64,000 nucleotides of DNA, from the IMG/VR virus record IMGVR_UViG_3300050821_009523. The stretch is one strand, 5' to 3'. The notes beneath the pieces are model-generated. The model was not told the origin of the DNA, searched no databases, and was given only the letters and a program-made list of their open reading frames with translations. Position 1 is the stretch's first letter. Each line of letters starts with the position of its first letter. The position numbers and the translations under genes are program-made. The stretch comes from a virus. Its lineage: Duplodnaviria > Heunggongvirae > Uroviricota > Caudoviricetes. This document shows, one piece after another, positions 36,007 to 44,376 of the stretch.

Positions 36007-36990
36007 TCAATTGACTGGTATGTCCAGCCGGACGAACTGCGGTTTGCCGTATTCGGTGAGGGCCACTTCGCGCCAGCGGTCGTGGAGTTGAAACACGCTT
36101 TCTGGCCGCGCGGCCGGAGACTCTGCCGTGCACCACTCAAACAGGCCACGAAAGCGCTTGGGTATCGTATCGCCCTTGCCCGCCGCGCGGCTGGCGGCGT
36201 ACCACATCGCGGCAGCCGCCATGTAGATATCGGTGGCACAGTAAGCGTCTTTCTTGAACACCTCGGGCGGGTAGTGTGCCCGCCACTTCTTAGAAACCAA
36301 CGGTATGTGCCACTTGCTTGGAAAATCGACACTGCACACCCAATCCACCAGGACAAGTCCGTGGTCGTCCGGCCTGTAGAGAAGATGGTGCGGCAGCACA
36401 GCGCCGTGGATCAGGCCGTGGCTGTGGGCATAGCCGAGAATTTCTAGTAGCCGGTTCATCATCCACACCACATGCCGAAACGGCAAGCCACCAGGAAACG
36501 CCTGCCGGATGTGCGTCAGCGGCAAGCAGCCTTGCGCCAGAGACAGCACGTTAACCGCGCGGCCAGATGCCTCAAAAGCATCGTGCACTAGCGGCAGGTA
36601 ACGCTTGAAAGCGTCCGTTTTATTGTCTGCGTGCAGCGTCTTAAGAGCTGCGCGTTCTTGCGCGAGCAGCGCGTTGTCGCTAGCGGTGCGCACGATCTTG
36701 GCTACCGCCTCGGTGCCATCGAAAGCCACGAGGTAAAGATCGGAGATCGCGCCGCGCGCCAACGGCGCAGTGACGGTCCACTTACCCAGCTTGATGGCCG
36801 GCGCGTTGCCGTTGACAAGTGCATGCATCTCGCCTAGCCGCTTAAAGGCGCGCTCGGCCCTGTCGCGCTGGGCGGCCTCGATCCTGTCCGGGTGGCAGAG
36901 TGCGGCTAACTGCTTAAAGGTGGCCGCCGCAAAGATGTCCGCCGGCACCTTGGCGCACTCGATCAGGCGCAGCGCAGCTTCGGTTGTCAC
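36007..36990 (-). CDS. J-domain (DnaJ-like, HPD motif) fused to a protein-kinase-like domain lacking the catalytic HRD aspartate (probable pseudokinase)
   Basis: N-terminal FKQLAALCHPDR...RAFKRL (J domain). Kinase-like VAKIVR (beta3 Lys), LAQERAAL (alphaC Glu), HGLIHGAVLPHHLL in place of HRDLKPxN, and LVDW in place of DFG. Confidence 0.55.
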   Translation of the reverse strand: MTTEAALRLIECAKVPADIFAAATFKQLAALCHPDRIEAAQRDRAERAFKRLGEMHALVNGNAPAIKLGKWTVTAPLARGAISDLYLVAFDGTEAVAKIVRTASDNALLAQERAALKTLHADNKTDAFKRYLPLVHDAFEASGRAVNVLSLAQGCLPLTHIRQAFPGGLPFRHVVWMMNRLLEILGYAHSHGLIHGAVLPHHLLYRPDDHGLVLVDWVCSVDFPSKWHIPLVSKKWRAHYPPEVFKKDAYCATDIYMAAAAMWYAASRAAGKGDTIPKRFRGLFEWCTAESPAARPESVFQLHDRWREVALTEYGKPQFVRLDIPVN

Positions 36991-37298
36991 AGCGCTGGCC
37001 TCTCGGAAAGCTGGCGCCCGCGCGATGCGCGCACGTAAGCGCGGTGCCAGAAAGCCTCTGCCGGCGTGCGCCCGTCATCGTATTCACGGCGCCACGCGTC
37101 TGCCTTCCACTGGTCAGCTTCATGCTGCTTGACACCGCCTTTTGATACGGCATAGGCACGCAGCTCATCAAACCAAGGCGGGAATGCCGCGAGGCTCCTA
37201 CGGCGCAGCAGCAGCCACCCCGCAAGCGCACCGAACGCGCCGCATCCGAAGGAGTAAAGGCCAATCGAGACGGCCGGGAGCCACCATAAACCGTCCAT
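36987..37298 (-). CDS. Small single-TM membrane protein (103 aa)
   Basis: Start at the internal Met with RBS GGGGGGA. TM helix WWLPAVSIGLYSFGCGAFGALAGWLLL. TAATG overlap with the upstream gene. Confidence 0.4.
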   Translation of the reverse strand: MDGLWWLPAVSIGLYSFGCGAFGALAGWLLLRRRSLAAFPPWFDELRAYAVSKGGVKQHEADQWKADAWRREYDDGRTPAEAFWHRAYVRASRGRQLSERPAL

Positions 37299-37582
37299 TA
37301 GTCTCCCCCCGCACCTTGCGCGAGCGAATGGGGGCGCAGTAACTTCGTGTCGTGTGGCGCCTCCGGCCGGCCGGAGGCGCCCCACAACTCCCACCGCGTC
37401 TCGAAACGCACGCGCTCCATCCGCAATTGAATCAACTCGTCTTCCAGTTGCGCCGACGTTTGGTTCATCGCGGGTGCTGGCGATTCCTGGCAACGGTGGA
37501 TCGCTTCGATCACTGCCGCTTCGAGGTGGTCGAGCACTTCACGGTTTACCCCAACTACCGGTGCTATTTCCCCGTTGGACAT
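37298..37582 (-). CDS. Hypothetical protein (94 aa)
   Basis: Co-oriented. Overlaps the RuvC-like gene end and the downstream gene start. Confidence 0.35.
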   Translation of the reverse strand: MSNGEIAPVVGVNREVLDHLEAAVIEAIHRCQESPAPAMNQTSAQLEDELIQLRMERVRFETRWELWGASGRPEAPHDTKLLRPHSLAQGAGGD

Positions 37583-38097
37583 GGCGGCTCCTCGTATTGC
37601 AATTGGAGTGGTGGCAACGCAGGCGCACCGGCCCTAGTGGCGGCCTGATCGGCATAAGTGACAGCAACGGCGAGTGCGCTCCATAGGTGTCCAGAAACGT
37701 TATAGCACGGCCCTTGGTTCTTCTTCGTGCCTACGGGGCCGAGCTTGTCGATGAGAGCTTGACGGATGTTGGCGTCCTTCGCGCGCATGCTCATGCACAA
37801 ATGCATCTTGATGTCTTTGCGATAGAGCAGCGCCGGCTCTTGGCCCGTGATGGCATACCAGCGCTCGGTAAAGCGCCCAATCGCCAAGACTGTTTCAAAC
37901 ACCTCTTTCCCTACCGCCATGCCGTAACTGGCCACCATCTCAATCGCGCAGACCGCGTCATCTGCCCACTGGATCAATACGTCACGCTTTAGGCGCCAGT
38001 TTTCTATCTGCTCAGCCTTTACTACACGCCCCCCGGCCAGCACTACATAGCCGCTGGTTTCCGGCCCCGGATCAATCGCCAACACATGCGCCCTCAT
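37564..38097 (-). CDS. RuvC-like Holliday junction resolvase (177 aa)
   Basis: N-terminal VLAIDPGPETSGYVVL resembles RuvC ILGIDPG.R.TG.AV. Size consistent with the RuvC/YqgF fold. Confidence 0.55.
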   Translation of the reverse strand: MRAHVLAIDPGPETSGYVVLAGGRVVKAEQIENWRLKRDVLIQWADDAVCAIEMVASYGMAVGKEVFETVLAIGRFTERWYAITGQEPALLYRKDIKMHLCMSMRAKDANIRQALIDKLGPVGTKKNQGPCYNVSGHLWSALAVAVTYADQAATRAGAPALPPLQLQYEEPPCPTGK

Positions 38098-38351
38098 GAC
38101 ACTGCCCCGATGACCTCGACGTACAACGACTCAGCAAAGTGTCCCTTGCTCTCCCTGCCGTCGTGGTCGAAGCGCACATCGATCAGCGATTCGTACGGAT
38201 AACTGCCGAGCACCTTGCATGCCCTGCGCCCGTACCAGCGCAGCACGGTAGCGGGCTGCACCGTCATGGAAAGGGGTGTCGTGATGTCGTCGCGGAACAG
38301 CATACTGTCGAACACCATGACACGCGTGCCGGGGTAGTAAATCTCAGGCAT
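38094..38351 (-). CDS. Hypothetical protein (85 aa)
   Basis: 4-nt overlap with the upstream gene. Protein-like composition. Confidence 0.35.
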   Translation of the reverse strand: MPEIYYPGTRVMVFDSMLFRDDITTPLSMTVQPATVLRWYGRRACKVLGSYPYESLIDVRFDHDGRESKGHFAESLYVEVIGAVS

Positions 38352-38889
38352 GCGCCTCTCCCGGCGGCGGCCAGTGTGGCGCCACGAGCGTCGCGTAGTT
38401 GGAGAGGAATCGTCCCACAGTTGCGGCTCCCCCCGCGGTGTTCCACACCCGCTTATAGGTGGGCCATAGTGCCCCAGGATCGATTATCGTCGGCAACGGC
38501 TCTGGGTCGAGCCAGTACTTCATCCTGGCGATGGCGCAGGCATAGGCAAGATTCCAAATCAACTGATCTCCTGTCTCCACAGCCCCGACGATTGCGCCGC
38601 CAGTTGTCTCCGGCACCATGGTTTTACGGAGCACGAGCCAAGCCCTGCCGCTGATGCGACGCAGCGTATCTTGCTCGGTCGCCCGCTCCATCTGCCACAA
38701 CCCGTAAGCGCCAACGCCTTCGCGCACGCCTAGTTGCCGGAGATCACGGAATTGGCTTTCCTGCGCTGCCGTGGCAAGCAGCAGCGCCTCGGCGACGGCG
38801 CCGTCAATGCCGGGCACGGCTACCGCTAGGGCGGCAAGCGTAGGCCGTATCACGTACACGCCTAACTGCTGCACGTCCAATCCGCTCAT
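38344..38889 (-). CDS. Lytic transglycosylase (SLT domain) protein, 181 aa; endolysin or virion-associated muralytic candidate
   Basis: SLT signature ATAAQESQFRDLRQLGVREGVGAYGLWQM (catalytic E in QES; GLMQ-like motif). Start refined to the Met with a GGGAGGG RBS. Confidence 0.5.
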   Translation of the reverse strand: MSGLDVQQLGVYVIRPTLAALAVAVPGIDGAVAEALLLATAAQESQFRDLRQLGVREGVGAYGLWQMERATEQDTLRRISGRAWLVLRKTMVPETTGGAIVGAVETGDQLIWNLAYACAIARMKYWLDPEPLPTIIDPGALWPTYKRVWNTAGGAATVGRFLSNYATLVAPHWPPPGEAHA

Positions 38890-39092
38890 GCAACCCTCCC
38901 GTAAGCGATGCCCTCTACGTAAGTGCCGTAATGCGGCAGCGCTGGCCCGCGTTTGGTGCTGCACTCTGCGCACCTGTCGCGAACCTCCTCGGTACTGATA
39001 TCGCTCGCCGGCACGTTTACCCACGTCGCGCCTGACAGATCGGCCGGGAAGAACCTCCCGCAGGTATCGCACTTGCACGCCGGCTGTCTCAT
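38886..39092 (-). CDS. Small Cys-rich putative zinc-ribbon protein (68 aa)
   Basis: CKCDTCG...CAEC. RBS GGAGGGGG before the internal Met. Confidence 0.35.
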   Translation of the reverse strand: MRQPACKCDTCGRFFPADLSGATWVNVPASDISTEEVRDRCAECSTKRGPALPHYGTYVEGIAYGRVA

Positions 39093-39315
39093 GGCGCCCC
39101 CTCCGGCGCCTTGCGCCAGCACGCCTTGCAAGTGCCGTCATTCCGGCGCGGCTCTGGCCCACGCGTTTGGTTTCCTGCCCACCGCGGCACACCGATCGCC
39201 AACCACCTGCCGCAAAGCGAGCGGCCGTCGGCGCCGAAATAATGCGCTGCATTCGCGCCCGCTACGGTGCCCCACCCTTGGCTGCGGGCAGTCATTTGTT
39301 GTTCGCTTTGGCCGG

Positions 39316-39543
39316 TCATGGCGTCACCTCGCGCTCTACCCAGCGGCGAAAGTTGGCGATGAAGACCGTGTTGCCGCCCACCTCTTTGCCGTTTGGCGCA
39401 ATGCGGACGAAAGACAGCATGCTGCCGCGCTCGTCCTCTGGCGGCGCCGTCTGCGCCATCCGCGTCACCCGGCGCCGCATGCCGAGGAAGTTCTCGTACA
39501 GCTTGCCGACCTCGATCGTGCCTGTGTAGGGCTGGTGCGTCAT
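39316..39543 (-). CDS. Hypothetical protein (75 aa)
   Basis: Internal Met with a GGGAGG RBS. Confidence 0.3.
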   Translation of the reverse strand: MTHQPYTGTIEVGKLYENFLGMRRRVTRMAQTAPPEDERGSMLSFVRIAPNGKEVGGNTVFIANFRRWVEREVTP

Positions 39544-39779
39544 CGTGCCTCCCATTGCACTGCGCTGATGTCTTGCGGCAAGCGACCTTGTTCTTCGCAC
39601 CAGTCCTGATCGCAATGCGCCACCAGTGCCTTGCTACGCAGTAGGCCGCGCTCGAAAAGGATCGCCAGCACTTCTGACGCACCGAGCCTGTGCCCCTCGA
39701 CGACCAACCGGCCGCCGATGTACAGCCCGCTCCAATCGTCGGCATGCACCAGCACGATATCAGCCGTAGGCGCCGTCAC
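39540..39779 (-). CDS. Hypothetical protein (79 aa)
   Basis: Start-stop overlap with neighbours. Co-oriented. Confidence 0.3.
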   Translation of the reverse strand: MTAPTADIVLVHADDWSGLYIGGRLVVEGHRLGASEVLAILFERGLLRSKALVAHCDQDWCEEQGRLPQDISAVQWEAR

Positions 39780-40003
39780 GATATGTCGCCCCCCAACGGC
39801 AACGCCGCCGAATCGCTGGCGTCACAACCGGCATCGTAGCCCGCGTTGTAGGCAAGCTCCCATGCGCGGCGGACTGCTGCGTTGATTTCGCTGGCCGCCT
39901 TGGGATCGAGCGCGCCAACGCGGCGTGCGTCGTGTGCCCTACCGGCGGCAATCGCTTCCCAAACGGCAGCCTCGAAAACAGCCGATGGTGCAGGCGCGCT
40001 CAT
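39776..40003 (-). CDS. Hypothetical protein (75 aa)
   Basis: 4-nt overlaps on both sides. Confidence 0.3.
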   Translation of the reverse strand: MSAPAPSAVFEAAVWEAIAAGRAHDARRVGALDPKAASEINAAVRRAWELAYNAGYDAGCDASDSAALPLGGDIS

Positions 40004-40779
40004 TCCTGTTCCTCTGCGGCATCGTCTTCGTCGTCGGGCTCGTCCAGTTCGCCAAGATCCGCAACCCCCTGCGGCGCGGGCAGCGCCTCTCGCGCCCCTA
40101 GCAGCGCCTTGCGGTACGCGATCAACAGCGTCTCGTCCGCGCTGTACACCAGCGTGCCGTAGTCCGTTACGCCCTTGAATGTGCCGTCGCCGCCCTCCAC
40201 CAACGCGATGCCGGCCAGCTCTTCGGGCGCCTTCTTGGCGCTGCTGTACCGCAGCGCGACGGATTTGCCCTGCATGACGCGGCCTTCATAGTAGTAGATC
40301 GGCGGCTGCCCATCCGGGCCGGTTGGGGGCGTGGCCTCATCCACGATCGGCGGCAGTGCGTCGATTTGCTCGGCCCAGAGCGCCAGTTGCGCATCGTCTG
40401 CTTCGCGGCGGCTATCGTGGAGCTTGAGCTGTTTTTCGTTCTCGTCCAGCCGCATGCGCTGCACCGCCTCGTTGGTGTCGGTACGCACCAGATACTTGTA
40501 CTGCTTGTCGAAGTCGAAGTGCCAGACGCACTCCACGTCGCGGTCTTCGGTGCGGGACGTCACCTTGACGGCAAGCGCTTGTCGGTGGCCGCGCACAGCC
40601 TCGACGGCCTTCTTGAGCTGGTCCGTGGTCTGCTTTGTCTCGGCCTTGTGGGTGGCGAGCGCCAGCTCGGCGCCCGTTTCGGCCATCGAGACGCGCGCTA
40701 GCTCAAGTGCTGACGCCTCAACCTCGCTATCGTCGAGCGCAACTGGTAAAGCCCTCATTTCGGTGTCTGCCATGTTCAA
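40000..40779 (-). CDS. Hypothetical protein with highly acidic C-terminal tail (259 aa)
   Basis: Ends with DEPDDEDDAAEEQE. Protein-like composition. Early leftward operon. Confidence 0.4.
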   Translation of the reverse strand: MNMADTEMRALPVALDDSEVEASALELARVSMAETGAELALATHKAETKQTTDQLKKAVEAVRGHRQALAVKVTSRTEDRDVECVWHFDFDKQYKYLVRTDTNEAVQRMRLDENEKQLKLHDSRREADDAQLALWAEQIDALPPIVDEATPPTGPDGQPPIYYYEGRVMQGKSVALRYSSAKKAPEELAGIALVEGGDGTFKGVTDYGTLVYSADETLLIAYRKALLGAREALPAPQGVADLGELDEPDDEDDAAEEQE

Positions 40780-40829
40780 TCTCCTCCCGTTTCGTTAGGC
40801 CGCAACCCTTGCGGCGCGGTGCGCTTGTT

Positions 40830-41423
40830 TCAGTCGAAGTTGATGGCGAGCACGGGATGTAATTCGATAGCGTTGGGCGCCATCCCGTCTTGGCCGTGTG
40901 GTCTGTCAAACATGCCAACGCCTGTAACGCGTACGCGCCACTTGCTGATCAAGTGCACCAGTTTGCCCACCGTGCCGGCGTGAAAGCCTTGCGCTTCAAA
41001 GTCAGCCCGCGCCTGCCGGATCTGCGCAAGCCAGGGGCTGCCAGCCGCGCACATGGGGGCCGGTATTTCCGCGATCACCGTGTTGCCCGCGCCGTCCGTC
41101 AGAACAAGGTGGTAGTCGCAATCCTTTTCCAACTTGAAAGCCGTCAGATAGGCGACCACCATGTAGGCTGTGGTTTCGTGTGGTTTTGCTCGCCCAAGCC
41201 CCGCTTCGCTGTTAGGGCTAGGCACGGGCCATGCGCCCATCTCCGCGACGGTGGCAGCAACGGGGTTTGCTGTGTCAACGGCGCGCGCCGCATGGTCGGT
41301 GCCGCCCTTTACTGCGGCACGCTCCACCCCGCAGGTGCATGCCGGGTACGACTTGGCTGCTGCGGCCGGTGCCGCAAGGCACAACAGCAACACCGCAACA
41401 ACGGCCAGACTATTTCGTCGCAT
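40830..41423 (-). CDS. Secreted protein with signal peptide (MRRNSLAVVAVLLLCLAAPAAAA), 197 aa
   Basis: Start refined to the internal Met with RBS GAAGGGGTGA. Cleavable signal-like N-terminus. Confidence 0.4.
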   Translation of the reverse strand: MRRNSLAVVAVLLLCLAAPAAAAKSYPACTCGVERAAVKGGTDHAARAVDTANPVAATVAEMGAWPVPSPNSEAGLGRAKPHETTAYMVVAYLTAFKLEKDCDYHLVLTDGAGNTVIAEIPAPMCAAGSPWLAQIRQARADFEAQGFHAGTVGKLVHLISKWRVRVTGVGMFDRPHGQDGMAPNAIELHPVLAINFD

Positions 41424-41497
41424 GGTATTCACCCCTTCCAGTCGGTGCAATTCAACGGTAGCGCTCGCATTCGGCGCGGCACCAGCTGCCAACCCAA

Positions 41498-41781
41498 TCA
41501 GCGCGGCGCCCAAAGCGGCGGTGCCAACCGTAGCCGCTCTGTCTCAACAGCCCACGGCTCGCGCAACGCCAAGCAGCGGGTGAAGTAGTAGGGCGCCAGC
41601 ACGCGCCCATCTTGGCAGTCCTCTGCGGTGCATAGGTGCCACTGCCCGCGCCCGTCCCACGTACCGCCGTTGCTGCAGCACACCTCGCACATCACGGTGC
41701 CGGCGTCTGGGCGTTGGCCGCAGTGCACGCAGAGCGGGCCAACGGTGTCGTCACCGCATAGGGTACAAGGAAGGCCGCTCA
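41498..41781 (-). CDS. Cys-rich putative zinc-finger protein (about 94 aa; GTG start overlapping the upstream TGA)
   Basis: CTLCGDD...CVHCG...CEVCC...C..DC pattern. RBS GACGGGGG. The N-terminal 120 aa of the listed 214-aa ORF is Arg-rich, probably non-coding. Confidence 0.3.
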
Positions 41782-42009
41782 CCAATCGCCCCCGTCGTTG
41801 TCGATGCCCGGGATCGTGTCCACGATGTAATCGTGGTCCATGCTCCCCTCTTGGTCCATGGCGTGGCAGCCGCCGGCAGGCTTGCGCATCACGGTCAGCG
41901 TGCCGCTGGCGCTGAAGAGCCAGAGCGTGTCGGGCCAACGCTTTGCCACACGTTTGAGCGCCGCGATAGCCTGCGCCTCGGTGTAAGGCTTTGCCGGCGT
42001 GCGTCTCAC
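41779..42009 (-). CDS. Hypothetical protein (76 aa)
   Basis: Protein-like sequence (YTEAQAIAALKRVAKRWPD). Confidence 0.35.
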   Translation of the reverse strand: MRRTPAKPYTEAQAIAALKRVAKRWPDTLWLFSASGTLTVMRKPAGGCHAMDQEGSMDHDYIVDTIPGIDNDGGDW

Positions 42010-42263
42010 CAGCCCGTCCTTCCGGCCGCGTCGAGCGCACGCTTGACGGCCAGCGCCTCGCGCTTGGTGCGAAAGCCGTCATGCTCCGGCAACGGCTTGT
42101 CGTAGTGCGTGCCGATCCCTTGCCGGTAAGCCCATTGGACACACCAACCGGCGCCCTCGCGGAAGATCGGCGTCACGGCCCAATGCCCGTGCGTGCCGTG
42201 CTGTAGTCTGATGCGGCGCCGCTGGCCAGTCTCGATATCCTGCACGGTGATCTCGGTGATCAT
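42006..42263 (-). CDS. Hypothetical protein (about 85 aa, internal Met start)
   Basis: MITEITVQDIETGQRRRIRLQHGTHGHW... Upstream part of the listed ORF is Arg-rich. Confidence 0.35.
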   Translation of the reverse strand: MITEITVQDIETGQRRRIRLQHGTHGHWAVTPIFREGAGWCVQWAYRQGIGTHYDKPLPEHDGFRTKREALAVKRALDAAGRTGW

Positions 42264-42653
42264 GGCGCTGTCCAACCGTTCTTTGTCGCCAGCGTGCCGT
42301 CCGGTAGGCGTACCACCTCGCCCTCTTTCAGCCGCTGTTCTAGGCGCATGGTTGCACTGCGGCGCCCGAGCACAGAACCGACAAATGAGGCGAAAGCCCC
42401 GTAGACCGCCAACCCCAGCACGATCCAAACGGCGGTCATCTGCGCTCCATCTCGCGCACAAGGGCGTCCGCGTTATTGCGGGCAAGAAGCGCCACCATAT
42501 GCGACTCATGGTCTTGGTAAGCACCGCATGCTAGTAAGGCGGCTTGCGCCTGTCCCGCGAAGTGCCAGCGCCACCAGTCGCGGTCATCTGCAATGTGGTC
42601 CGCGCAACGGATTTTGTCGGTTTCAGCCGCGGCCGGCCTTGGATGCGGCACGC

Positions 42654-42923
42654 TCACCGGTACTCTCCGATGCCGGGGCGCAACGCCTCCCACTCCTCGC
42701 GCGTCTTCGGCACTCCCGGCCGGCTACGTGGGCGCCAAGCGCGCTCCAACCGGCGCGCTGCCGCTGTGCACTGCGCCGCCTGCTCGGCGTCGCCGCCCTC
42801 GCGGTACAGCGCGGCCGCCTTGTGTAGCAACTCCTGCGCCGCGCTGCGTGCGTCCGGCGCGTAGCGCAGCGCCAACAGCGCTATGGCACGGGCCAAGGAA
42901 AGCTTCGGGTTACGGGCTGGCAT
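42654..42923 (-). CDS. Hypothetical helical protein (89 aa)
   Basis: Co-oriented. Ala/Leu/Arg-rich helical composition. Confidence 0.3.
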   Translation of the reverse strand: MPARNPKLSLARAIALLALRYAPDARSAAQELLHKAAALYREGGDAEQAAQCTAAARRLERAWRPRSRPGVPKTREEWEALRPGIGEYR

Positions 42924-42937
42924 TCTGGCCTCCTATC

Positions 42938-43336
42938 TTAGGGGGTGCTGCTGCCGGTGGTGCCGTCGATCAGGGCCTGCGCCAGTCGCAGATACCTCGG
43001 CATCGCTCGCCGCACGTTACGGCGGATGTGGGCGCGGGCTGCCGGGCTGGCAAACCGCACAAGCGGCTGATCGCGACGGGAGGAGTTGCAACTGCGGCAC
43101 GCCGTCACGCAGTTCTGGCTCTCGTTGCCGCCGCCGTCCGCGCGTGCCTTCAAGTGGTCGAGCGTCACGTCCCGCGGGTCAGCGCTGTGGAGATCGCGGA
43201 GGCAGTAAACGCAGCAGAATGAGTCGCGTAGGTAGAGCGCTAGCCTGCGCTTGGGGGTGATCCAAGTGCCGGTCGGCTGGTGCGGCGAGCGCGCCAGCTT
43301 GGCTTCGCGGATACCGGTTGTGGTGTGGTTGGCCAT
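42938..43336 (-). CDS. HNH endonuclease (133 aa)
   Basis: VTLDHLKARADGGGNESQNCVTACRSCNSSR (H-N-H with CxxC). Start refined to the internal Met. First gene of the leftward operon. Confidence 0.6.
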   Translation of the reverse strand: MANHTTTGIREAKLARSPHQPTGTWITPKRRLALYLRDSFCCVYCLRDLHSADPRDVTLDHLKARADGGGNESQNCVTACRSCNSSRRDQPLVRFASPAARAHIRRNVRRAMPRYLRLAQALIDGTTGSSTP

Positions 43337-43360
43337 TGGCGCTGTCTCGATCCTGTTGGG

Positions 43361-43390
43361 AGCGTACCATGTCCCGAAAGCTGGTGTCAA
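43361..43390 (-). promoter_or_regulatory. Leftward sigma70-like promoter: -35 TTGACA (43385-43390), 18-nt spacer, -10 TACGCT (43361-43366)
   Basis: Read from the sequence. AT-richer island between divergent operons. Confidence 0.45.
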
Positions 43391-43403
43391 GCCCCCCTGT
43401 AGC

Positions 43404-43431
43404 TTGACATGATATCGGCATGGCCTATATA
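43404..43431 (+). promoter_or_regulatory. Rightward sigma70 consensus-like promoter: -35 TTGACA (43404-43409), 16-nt spacer, -10 TATATA (43426-43431)
   Basis: Read from the sequence. Followed by RBS GGGAAAGGAGGA and ATG 43470. Confidence 0.55.
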
Positions 43432-43469
43432 CTGCCGCGCCAGAGAGGGAAAGGAGGACTGGTAAGCAC

Positions 43470-43655
43470 ATGCCCAATATCTACATACGGCCCGAAACTG
43501 CGGAGGAGCTCGACCGGCTGGCGGCCGCAGTCAACCTGACGAAGGCCGAGACGCTGGCCGAGCTCGTAGAGGTCTATGGCAACGCATTCAGAGATCGCCG
43601 CGTCGTTGGCGAGGTGGCGCGGGCCGAGGCAATGGCCAAGGTGGTGGCGCCATGA
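43470..43655 (+). CDS. Small protein (61 aa), possible ribbon-helix-helix / regulatory
   Basis: First gene after the consensus promoter. Strong RBS. Confidence 0.4.
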   Translation: MPNIYIRPETAEELDRLAAAVNLTKAETLAELVEVYGNAFRDRRVVGEVARAEAMAKVVAP

Positions 43656-44023
43656 AACCCGATGCAGTAGGCCGGCGGCGGCTGCTCAAATTGGCCGCCG
43701 TGCTGGACGAGACGAATCCCGACCATTTCGACATGACCGTGTGGGGCTGCCGGACCGCTGCTTGCGCGCTGGGTACCGCTGCGCTCATCCCCAGCTTCCG
43801 CAAGCAGGGGTTGCGCCTGAAGCGCAGCGACCGCAGGCGCTGGTTGCCGGCGCCTGGCAAGGTTACCTTCCGGCGCCATCACGGGATACTGGCGGCGATG
43901 GAGTTCTTCCGCCTTGATTATCCGGCGGCGGCGGCCATCTTTCTCTTTGGGAGTGCACGCACGCGCCCGGACGAGGTTGCCAATCGCATCCGCGGATTGA
44001 TTCGCTTGGAGGCAACACCGTGA
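43652..44023 (+). CDS. Hypothetical protein (123 aa)
   Basis: ATGA overlap with the upstream gene. Confidence 0.35.
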   Translation: MKPDAVGRRRLLKLAAVLDETNPDHFDMTVWGCRTAACALGTAALIPSFRKQGLRLKRSDRRRWLPAPGKVTFRRHHGILAAMEFFRLDYPAAAAIFLFGSARTRPDEVANRIRGLIRLEATP

Positions 44024-44376
44024 GCACTGCGCCGAATCGCAACCCTCGCCCCGGCGACCTCCGCGTCTGGTGGGCGCCCCAGATCCCATGCGAACCGTAC
44101 GTCGTGCCGGTAACCAGCGTTGCCGAGGGCGCCAAGTTGCTGTCGGTGTTGGCGGCCTATGATCTATTCCAGTTGCGCATCCACGCAAAACCAGACTACA
44201 GCAACATGGGCGGCTTGCTGGTTTTCGAGGCCGACTGCGACGGCGATGGAAGACCAGGATGGAGCGAATGGACCGACGCGGACGGCTACACGGTTAACGA
44301 AAGCCCGCTGTGCTTTGTGCCGCAAGAAGATTTCTGGCTGCGACAGGGCTCCGGGCCGCTTCCGGAGGACGCATGA
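44020..44376 (+). CDS. Hypothetical protein (118 aa, GTG start)
   Basis: Overlapping start-stop. Protein-like composition. Confidence 0.35.
   Translation: MSTAPNRNPRPGDLRVWWAPQIPCEPYVVPVTSVAEGAKLLSVLAAYDLFQLRIHAKPDYSNMGGLLVFEADCDGDGRPGWSEWTDADGYTVNESPLCFVPQEDFWLRQGSGPLPEDA

Noticed and set aside
39089-39745. 218-aa minus ORF spanning several small genes
   Set aside because: Different frame from the chain of RBS-supported small genes (38886-39092, 39316-39543, 39540-39779). Arg/Ala-rich composition.
41782-42142. N-terminal 120 aa of the 214-aa ORF 41498-42142 (-)
   Set aside because: Arg/Gly/His-rich low-complexity segment. It overlaps the better-supported ORF 41779-42009 in another frame. 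Only the C-terminal Cys-rich segment, with its own GTG start and RBS, was kept.
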